A stretch of 59,855 nt of DNA, counting the filler. It is 9 parts of 9 records of this genome, joined end to end, with 100 filler letters (N's around TTAATTAATTAA, not from the genome) between each part and the next. Parts side by side here need not be neighbours in the genome. Positions count along the whole stretch, not along the records: positions 45,358 to 52,739 come from SRR31147125_103170; positions 52,840 to 59,855 come from SRR31147125_103561; 7 more parts are not named here. One strand, 5' to 3'. The position numbers and the translations under genes are program-made. Under the pieces are notes generated by a model. That model did not search any database. It had not been told where the DNA came from and saw only the letters and a program-made list of their open reading frames with translations. Below, piece after piece: positions 52,617-59,855 of the stretch (positions within the stretch are counted from its first letter, which is position 1; each line of letters starts with the position of its first letter).

Positions 52617-52664
52617 CATTATTAACTAATTTGTAAGATACAATAAGTAAATAGAATGCGTCTA

Positions 52665-52739
52665 ATCGGGTAAGGGCGGGTATTACTCCCGCCCTCCCCA
52701 CACCACCGAACATGCGGCTTCCCGAAAGCTTTCGGGATT
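52665..52739 (-). mobile_element. 3' end of a group IIC-attC intron (half of DV plus DVI) inserted in an attC R'' site; cut by contig end
   Basis: Minus strand CCGCATGTTCGGTGGTGTGGGGAG-GGCGGGAGTAATACCCGCC-CTTACCCGAT followed by TAGACGC (top strand GCGTCTA|, i.e. an interrupted GTCTAAC). Confidence 0.85.
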
Positions 52740-52839
52740 NNNNNNNNNNNNNNNNNNNNNNNNNNNNNNNNNNNNNNNNNNNNTTAATTAATTAANNNNN
52801 NNNNNNNNNNNNNNNNNNNNNNNNNNNNNNNNNNNNNNN

Positions 52840-54191
52840 TAAAACCAAACATCATCTACATTTTAGCCGACGACCTTGGATACGGCGATTTGGGATGTTT
52901 TGGAAATACAAAAATAAAAACACCCTCGCTCGACCGGATGGCAGCCGAAGGAATACGTTTTACCAACCATTATTCAGGCCAAACGGTTTGCTCTCCATCG
53001 CGCTGTTCGTTAATGACAGGGATGCAAATGGGGCACGCCTCGGTAAAAGCAAACGGGCAGTTGTTGAATCCCGATGATGTAACCATTGCCGAGATTTTAA
53101 ATGAAGTTGGTTACAAAACTGGCGGCGCTGGGAAATGGGGATTGTCAAACGGGCCGGAGGCTCCAAATTCGCCAACTAACCAGGGATTCGACCACTGGCT
53201 GGGCTACGATAATCAAGGTTTTGCACACTTTCATTATCCTGAGTTTTTATGGCGTAACAAAACAAAAGTGGAGTATCCTGAAAACCTTGGGATTCGTGAT
53301 GAAAACGGGGATTATTATATTGAAGGAAAAGGAACATACAGCCATGATGAATTTACAAAAGAAGCTTTATGGTTTATAAAAGAAAATAAAGAAAATCCAT
53401 TCTTTTTGTACTTGCCTTATGCAATTCCACATGCCGAACTTATTGTTCCGACTGATTCCAGAGAACCTTACGAAAAGCTTGGATGGCCGGAAACTCCAAA
53501 AACAAAGGCAGGTTATTCCGATAGTAAAATGAAAGACCAGGGCTACGGAAGCCAGTATACCACTGGTTATTGTGCGCAAGACCAGCCCAATGCAACGTAT
53601 GCTGCCATGATTTCGCGCATGGACCGCGATATTGGCCGCATTATGGATTTACTGGATGAACTTGGAATTAGCGAAAACACAATAATCATGTTTGGCAGCG
53701 ATAATGGACCAACGCCCGAAGGCGGTCAGAGTATGGAGTTTTTCAATAGTTCGGGTGGTTTCCGTGGCGGCAAACGCGATATTTACGAAGGGGGTGTTCA
53801 CACGCCATTTATAGCTTATTGGAAAGGGAAAATTAAGGCTGGCACCGAGTCGGATTTAATAAGTCATTTCAGCGACTTTTTGCCAACTGCCTGCGACATT
53901 GCCGGAGTTGAGCCTGGAACTGTTGATGGTGTGAGTTTGTTACCTACATTTTTGGGTGAAAATAAAAAACAAAAGCAACATAAATTTCTGTACTGGGAGT
54001 GGAAAAATCTGCAGGCTCTTCGAGTTGGAGAGTGGAAATTCTTTTATATGAATGCAACAAAACCAGACCAAAAACCAGTTTATGAATTATATAATTTGGA
54101 AGAAGATCCGGCAGAACAAAACAATGTTGTTGCTGAACATCCTGAACTGGTTGAAAAATTTGTGCCTTATTTGAAAGAGGCGAGAGAATAA
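52840..54191 (+). CDS. Arylsulfatase (formylglycine-dependent, Cys-type), 5' partial
   Basis: KPNIIYILADDLGYGD, CSPSRCSLMTG, GKWGL, SDNG and GGKRDIYEGG motifs. Confidence 0.93.
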
Positions 54192-54301
54192 GGAATGATG
54201 AATGTTGATTGACGATTTTTGATTTGAGAATTGAAGAAAGAAATATACTTTATCATTCGTTAATAAGTATTCAACAATTAATTTGTATCAAAGAGTTTTT
54301 A

Positions 54302-54432
54302 TTTTGCACCGTGGCTTTAGCCCGGTGTCTATAAAAAAAGAAAATAAACGGCTTTAGCCTTTAATTTTGTTAACGGCTAAAGCCCAATTAAAATTCAATC
54401 TAATTATCGCCAAGCTAAAGCATGGCGCAAAA
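54302..54432. repeat. Intergenic nested-palindrome REP-like element, copy 1
   Basis: TTTTGCACCGTGGCTTTAGCCCGGTG...GGCTTTAGCC...GGCTAAAGCC...GCTAAAGCATGGCGCAAAA. Confidence 0.8.
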
Positions 54433-54489
54433 GACATTGGAAAACTATCAGTAACAAAAAATGCTATTTGATATATGTATAAATGAAAA

Positions 54490-54520
54490 ACCTGTCAGCG
54501 TCTAAAAGACCTGTCAGCGT
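54490..54520. repeat. Short REP-like direct repeat
   Basis: ACCTGTCAGCGT at 54490 and 54509. Confidence 0.55.
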
Positions 54521-54540
54521 TAAATAATAACTTAATTTCT

Positions 54541-57096
54541 ATGAACCTAAAACAGCTAATTCTAATAATCTTAACCGGAGTTTTGGGCTATTTTCATACA
54601 TCGGCTCAATCCAGCACTTTCATCGATAAAAAAGGAATTATGCGCTGGACCGAAACCAACGAAGAGTTGTGTGCTTTTGGAACAAACTATAACGTACCTT
54701 TTTCGTATTGGAAATGGCGAGAACCAATTGGTGCCGACCAGTACAAAGCCATCGACGAAGATGTGTACCACATTGCCCGGCTGGGACTTGACGGCTACCG
54801 AATTCATGTTTGGGATGTGTTTATAAGCGATTCGCTGGGGAACCTTATTTATAACGAGCATTTTAAATTGTACGATTATCTTCAGTATAAACTGAAAGAG
54901 CGTGGCATAAAAATGTATGTTACCCCAATGAATTTATTTACCGATGTGGATTATGGATTTGCTGCAAAATACGGTGGAAAAAATGGTTGCTTGTCCGATT
55001 CTACCGTTTTCCCGATAATGGAGAATTACCTGAAACAGTTTTTCAACCACGTGAATCCATACACGGGTATTGCATATAAAAACGACCCGGATATTATTGC
55101 CGTTGAGATTGTTAACGAGCCCGCGCACTGGAAAGATGCGAGCCTGGTTACTCCTTTTATTAATCGTATGTACGATGCCATTAGAAGTACCGGCTGCGAG
55201 AAGCCCATTTTGTATAACATGACCACTTGTGCTGATTTTATCGACGACGTTTTGCAATCGAAAGCCGAGGGAGGGAGTTTTCAGTGGTATCCCAGCGGAC
55301 TTACCTGCAATCATAATTTAAAAGGAAATATGCTGCCCAATGTCGACAAATATTACATTCCTTTTGCCGATAAACTGAAAAACAGCAATCGCCCCAAATT
55401 TGTATACGAATTTAGCCCGTCGGATATTGGTGCTTCAGGACCCGTTTACCCTGCCATGGCGCGGAGTTTTCGCGAGGCCGGTTTCCAATTTGCTGCGCAG
55501 TTTGCTTACGACCCGCTTCATGCAGCTTATTGCAATATTGAATACCGCACCCACTTTCTGAACCTGGCATACACACCTAAAAAAGCCATTGGTTTAATGA
55601 TTGCTTCCGAAGCTTTTCATACTGTTCCACTTAACAAAAGTTACGGACGTTATCCCAAAAATAATCAGTTTGAATCGTTCAGTCTGAGTGCCGAAAAAGA
55701 TTTGGCTACTTTGGTAACAGAAGAAAAGTTTCTGTACACTAATTCAACGGAAACAATTCCTCCAAAGCCAGAAAACCTGAAAAAGGTAGCAGGTACAGGA
55801 AATTCGCCGGTGGTAAAATATTCAGGAACAGGAGCCTATTTTCTCGATAAATTGGAAGATGGCGTTTGGCGTCTGGAAGTGATGCCCGATGCCTTTTGGG
55901 TAAGCGACCCGTTTTTTGTGCCTTACACCGACCGCGAAACGGCGATAACCGTTTGTCGCTCTCAACAAATGCAAATAGTCTTGCCCGGTTTGGGCGATGA
56001 TTTCAGAATAGTTGGTTTAAACGATGGAAATAAAACGAAAATCAGTGCAAAAGGAAAATTGTTCGAACTAACTCCGGGAGCTTATCTTCTTACAGAAAAA
56101 GACGTTTCTACTGATTTTAATGCTGAAAGTATGTGGCGAAATATTCAGCTAAAAGAATTTCATTTTCCCGAAAGAAAGTTGGAAAAAACGTATGTACTGC
56201 ATCAGGCGTTCCGCGAAGTTAATGCGGGTGAAAAACTCACTTTATCGGCACATGTTATTTCTCCTGAAAAAGCCGATGAGGTAGAATTAATTCTGCCAAA
56301 AAAAGGTGGCGGCGAAGCGATTAAAATGAAAGCTTTAGATGAATATAATTACTTGGTTGAAATTCCGGCAACGTTTACCAATTCTGAACAATTTCTGCGC
56401 TACTATTTCAATATAAAACATGGTGAAAACAATCAGCTTTTCCCTGGTGGAGAAGAAGGTGGTCATCTGCTGAAACGAAGAATTTACGATGGTGATTTAA
56501 AATTGGATGATTCTGAACCCTATCAAATTGCGGTTGTGGCATCTGAAAGTCAGGTGGTTTTATTCGATGCTGAAAAGGATTGGCAGACCTTAACCAAAAT
56601 GAACCGAAAGGACAATTTAAAGTTGGTTCCAGCAAATGTGCCGGGGAAAATGATGGTTGAAGTTCCAAGTCCTAATTTAAAAGCATCGGAGTACAATTCA
56701 ACGCTCGATTATTTCTGTGGCGATAAAATTGATTTTCGATTTTCAGCCTTGAAAAATAAAACTGAATTAGTGGTGTACGGAAAATCAAGCACTAAAAAGC
56801 CTTGTAAATTGCAGGTTTCTTTGTTAATGAAAAACGGTGCTGCATTCGGTGGAATTATTGAGGTGAACGAGGCCGGGGAATATTCGCTTCAACTAAACGA
56901 TTTAAAGAAAGTAAAATCGGTGTTGATGCCGCGCCCGTATCCAAAGTTTCACGCTTTCTGGTTCGAGCCCTCAGAGAAATCAGAATTTAATATTGAAGAT
57001 GTGGAAAAAATACAGTTTTCGATTGGACCGGGAATTCCTGAAAATGAATATCCTGAAAAGCATGGTGTGGCTGTTGGCTGGGTGTTGTTGAGGTAA
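54541..57096 (+). CDS. Secreted clan GH-A glycoside hydrolase (GH5-like) with long C-terminal extension
   Basis: Signal peptide, GTNY, YRIH, HVNPYTG.AYKNDPDI, EIVNEP (acid/base) and VYEF (nucleophile). Confidence 0.75.
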   Translation: MNLKQLILIILTGVLGYFHTSAQSSTFIDKKGIMRWTETNEELCAFGTNYNVPFSYWKWREPIGADQYKAIDEDVYHIARLGLDGYRIHVWDVFISDSLGNLIYNEHFKLYDYLQYKLKERGIKMYVTPMNLFTDVDYGFAAKYGGKNGCLSDSTVFPIMENYLKQFFNHVNPYTGIAYKNDPDIIAVEIVNEPAHWKDASLVTPFINRMYDAIRSTGCEKPILYNMTTCADFIDDVLQSKAEGGSFQWYPSGLTCNHNLKGNMLPNVDKYYIPFADKLKNSNRPKFVYEFSPSDIGASGPVYPAMARSFREAGFQFAAQFAYDPLHAAYCNIEYRTHFLNLAYTPKKAIGLMIASEAFHTVPLNKSYGRYPKNNQFESFSLSAEKDLATLVTEEKFLYTNSTETIPPKPENLKKVAGTGNSPVVKYSGTGAYFLDKLEDGVWRLEVMPDAFWVSDPFFVPYTDRETAITVCRSQQMQIVLPGLGDDFRIVGLNDGNKTKISAKGKLFELTPGAYLLTEKDVSTDFNAESMWRNIQLKEFHFPERKLEKTYVLHQAFREVNAGEKLTLSAHVISPEKADEVELILPKKGGGEAIKMKALDEYNYLVEIPATFTNSEQFLRYYFNIKHGENNQLFPGGEEGGHLLKRRIYDGDLKLDDSEPYQIAVVASESQVVLFDAEKDWQTLTKMNRKDNLKLVPANVPGKMMVEVPSPNLKASEYNSTLDYFCGDKIDFRFSALKNKTELVVYGKSSTKKPCKLQVSLLMKNGAAFGGIIEVNEAGEYSLQLNDLKKVKSVLMPRPYPKFHAFWFEPSEKSEFNIEDVEKIQFSIGPGIPENEYPEKHGVAVGWVLLR

Positions 57097-57251
57097 TTTT
57101 GCACCGTGGCTTTCCCCGTAGGGATACCTATGGCAAGCCCGGTGAGACAAGATTGAGTAAAACGAACGGCTTTAGCCTTTAACATTATTAAGGGCTAAAG
57201 CCTATTCTAAAATACAAATCAATTACCGCCAAGCTAAAGCATGGCGCAAAA
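57097..57251. repeat. Intergenic nested-palindrome REP-like element, copy 2
   Basis: Same termini and GGCTTTAGCC/GGCTAAAGCC units as 54302-54432, plus a 22-nt insert at 57114-57135. Confidence 0.8.
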
Positions 57252-57287
57252 CTTTACTTATTTTTGAATAATATCTAAACCTAAAAT

Positions 57288-59786
57288 ATGAAGACTAAAT
57301 TTCAAAACATTTTAATTCTAATTGTCTTTTGTGTTGTTAATGTACAAGCGCAAAATAACTACGAAATAAATATTGGCGAAGATTTGCCCTACATCGAGGG
57401 AAATCATTTTAAGCAGGGTACAAATACAAAACCTGATGGGGAATCGATTACGCTGAATAACTTTTTTTTGCGCGAGGGCGGCAAACCAATTCTTCCGGTA
57501 ATGGGCGAAATTCATTACACGCGTTATCCGCACGAGGAGTGGGAAGAAGCCATTCTGAAAATGAAAGCCAGCGGCATTGATATTATTGCCTGTTATTCGT
57601 TTTGGATTCATCACGAAGAGGAAGAGGGCAACATTCATTTCGATGGCGATTTGGATGTGCGTTATTTTCTTGAACTCTGTAAAAAGCACGATGTGCAGGC
57701 CTTTGTACGCATTGGGCCGTGGTGCCATGGCGAGTGCATAAATGGTGGTTACCCCATGTGGTATCAGAACCTGATTGGAACACGTCGCTTGCAAACCGTA
57801 AACGAGGTGAATGAGAAATACATTCGTCGTTGGTACAAGGCTTTGGCAAAAGAGTTTGAGGGCTTGTATTACAAAGATGGAGGGCCAATTGTAGCTATGC
57901 AGGTGGATAACGAGGTACGCTCGGCTACAAAAGACCATCCGGCGTATCAGTATCATATCGACTTAAAACGCATTGCCGTTGAGGCGGGCATTGATGTGCC
58001 AATTTACACGGCAACAGGTTGGAGTGGCGTTATTCCCGAAGACTACATGATGCCAACTTACGGAGGATATCCGGCAGCGCCGTGGGCACAAAATTCGGAC
58101 CCTTTGCCACCCATGGAAAACTATCTGTTTTATGCCAACCGAAACGACCCGAATGTGGGCACCGACCTTGGGTTAAACTCGGCTGGAGACAACGAAGAAG
58201 ACCGCAGCAATATTTATCGTCATCCGTTTTTTACGGTTGAAATGGGAGGAGGAAACCAGATTTCGTACCACCGCCGCCCGGTTATTGAGGGAAAAGATTT
58301 GCTGGCACTGGTTTATACGCGTTTGGGTTGTGGTGCAAATTCTATGGGATATTACGTGTATCATGGAGGTAGAAATCCGCTGAGCTGGAACAATGAATAT
58401 TCAACGCAAGAGGGACGTTTTAACGGGCCATTCCCGTATCCAAACGATTACCCGCTAATTTCCTACGATTTTCAATCGCCACTGAGCGAGTGGGGATTTA
58501 TGCGCGATTATTACCACGATTTTAAACTGATGCACTTGTTTTTGGAAAGTTACGGTTCCGATTTGGCAACCATGTACCCGGTGCTTCCAGCAGGAAATCC
58601 AACCGACCCGGCCGATGCTGAAAACCTGCGCTACTCGGTGCGGTCGCGCTTTGGTTCGGGCTACGTATTTGTGAACAACTATGTGCGCAATATGAAAATG
58701 AAAGACCACAATGGCGTTAGTTTCACTGTAAATACACCCAAAGGTTCGGTGCAAATTCCCGACGGAACCATAAATATACCGAATGAAACGTATGCGGTTT
58801 TTCCATTCAATTTAAAAATTGAAGATGCCACAATGACCTATGCCACGGCGCATCCGTTTGCAAAAATTGATGGCGATTTGCCAGTTTTATTTTATTATTC
58901 CATTCCAGGAGTTACGCCCGAGTTTAAGTTCGAACAAGAGGGAATTGCGTCGGTGAAAATAAATGGCTGCAAAAAGTCGACTAAAAATGGTGGTATTGTG
59001 ATAAAACCAATTGAAACAGAAAAAGATAGTTGGTTTACTGTAAAAACCACTTCGGGTAAAAAATTTATGGTGTACAATGTTTCGTACGAAAAAGCACGTT
59101 TTGCCTATAAATTCAATTTAAAAGGAAAAGAACACCTTGTAATTTCAGAAAAACTGGCCTTTGCTGACGCATCTAAAAATGAATTGGAAATGCGTTCGAT
59201 GGGAGAGAGCAAATTTGATTTTCAGGTTTATCCGAATGCCTCGTTTAAGAATGAAAATTTGGCGAAAGCCGGAAAAGAGGGCTTATTTACTGTTTACGAT
59301 GTCGATTTATCGGAATTTGAAGTTGCCGGGGAAGCCTTACAAGTGAACTACAAGCAGGAAACGCCGACCAATGCTTTTCGCGAGGCCTCGCGTGGTTTAA
59401 AAACCAATCCGAAAAATCCACTACACGAAATCCGTATCAATCCGCATAAAATGTATATGAATTATTCACTTGAATTGCCAAAACGTTTGCCCGAAAATGT
59501 AAATGATTTGCTTGTTGAATTTGATTACACAGGAAATACAGCGGCCCTTTACGCTGATGGTTTAATTGTTGCCGACGATTATTATTCGGGTCTTAAAATG
59601 CCGGTTGGTTTAAAACGTTTGGAAGATAAATTGGGCAATAATTTTACTTTTCAGATTACTCCTTTACTGAAAGATTACGAGATTTTCTTTGAGCCCGGAA
59701 CTGAACTTGACTTTGCAGGAAAAGAGTTTGGCGGGTTAAAGGGAATTTCTGTTACTCCGCAGTATAAGGTGCTTATTCGATATTAG
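57288..59786 (+). CDS. Beta-galactosidase, glycoside hydrolase family 35
   Basis: MGEIHYTRYP, FWIHHEE, RIGPWCHGE, QVDNE, EMGGG, YYVYHGGRNP and SYDFQSPL motifs. Confidence 0.9.
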   Translation: MKTKFQNILILIVFCVVNVQAQNNYEINIGEDLPYIEGNHFKQGTNTKPDGESITLNNFFLREGGKPILPVMGEIHYTRYPHEEWEEAILKMKASGIDIIACYSFWIHHEEEEGNIHFDGDLDVRYFLELCKKHDVQAFVRIGPWCHGECINGGYPMWYQNLIGTRRLQTVNEVNEKYIRRWYKALAKEFEGLYYKDGGPIVAMQVDNEVRSATKDHPAYQYHIDLKRIAVEAGIDVPIYTATGWSGVIPEDYMMPTYGGYPAAPWAQNSDPLPPMENYLFYANRNDPNVGTDLGLNSAGDNEEDRSNIYRHPFFTVEMGGGNQISYHRRPVIEGKDLLALVYTRLGCGANSMGYYVYHGGRNPLSWNNEYSTQEGRFNGPFPYPNDYPLISYDFQSPLSEWGFMRDYYHDFKLMHLFLESYGSDLATMYPVLPAGNPTDPADAENLRYSVRSRFGSGYVFVNNYVRNMKMKDHNGVSFTVNTPKGSVQIPDGTINIPNETYAVFPFNLKIEDATMTYATAHPFAKIDGDLPVLFYYSIPGVTPEFKFEQEGIASVKINGCKKSTKNGGIVIKPIETEKDSWFTVKTTSGKKFMVYNVSYEKARFAYKFNLKGKEHLVISEKLAFADASKNELEMRSMGESKFDFQVYPNASFKNENLAKAGKEGLFTVYDVDLSEFEVAGEALQVNYKQETPTNAFREASRGLKTNPKNPLHEIRINPHKMYMNYSLELPKRLPENVNDLLVEFDYTGNTAALYADGLIVADDYYSGLKMPVGLKRLEDKLGNNFTFQITPLLKDYEIFFEPGTELDFAGKEFGGLKGISVTPQYKVLIRY

Positions 59787-59799
59787 ATCTTGAAACGAG

Positions 59800-59841
59800 T
59801 CGTCACCCCACTATTTGCTAAAATCTATAGTGGGGTGACGA
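59800..59841. terminator. 15-bp stem hairpin after the GH35 gene (terminator or REP-like)
   Basis: TCGTCACCCCACTAT...ATAGTGGGGTGACGA; no clear T tail. Confidence 0.5.
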
Positions 59842-59855
59842 TTATGATTAAAAAT

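Noticed and set aside
5563-52839. Eight recurring N-TTAATTAATTAA-N blocks as a biological repeat or CRISPR array
   Set aside because: They are identical 100-nt artificial linkers with stops in six frames. Composition and gene content change at each one, so no cross-linker gene neighbourhood is meaningful.
54302-57251. Repeats flanking the GH5-like gene as ends of a composite transposon
   Set aside because: There is no transposase or target-site duplication. The internal palindromes and divergent spacers fit REP-type elements better.

Overview
This window is not one locus. It is nine unrelated contigs joined by 100-nt N-TTAATTAATTAA-N linkers, and it looks like an anoxic sediment-type metagenome. 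(1) 1-5562: tdh, a flavin reductase, a secreted protein, a broken acyltransferase and an Fe-S/CCG oxidoreductase. (2) 5663-10673: rsmB-gspFGHIJK type II secretion genes. (3) 10774-17004: trmB-recB-recD, with many low-complexity insertions. (4) 17105-27300: Desulfobacterales-like TetR/hydrolase, rarA, a sigma54 activator with its probable target, an amidohydrolase pseudogene, der, dat, a small Cys-rich protein and alr. (5) 27401-32904: ABC exporter, porin and hmcBC/hybAB-like genes. (6) 33005-39130: nucleoside ABC transporter, xpt, fprA and P-loop Fe-S ATPases. (7) 39231-45257: a eukaryotic PDR/ABCG transporter gene with about 31 short GT-AG introns. (8) 45358-52739: a KSB1/Calditrichota-like contig with a sigma54 regulator, a FISUMP gene and an integron-type attC cassette array. 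(9) 52840-59855: a Bacteroidota sulfatase-GH5-GH35 cluster with REP-like repeats. The most interesting element is in contig 8 and is invisible in the ORF track. There, an attC array with no integrase on the contig is bracketed by two convergent group IIC-attC intron 3' ends, both followed by TAGAC. One sits in the canonical bottom-strand R'' site and the other apparently in the top-strand R' site. One cassette carries a host-style secreted FlgD-Ig protein. Many single-base frameshifts fall in homopolymers across unrelated contigs and are probably sequencing errors. All taxonomic labels are impressions from protein style, not search results.
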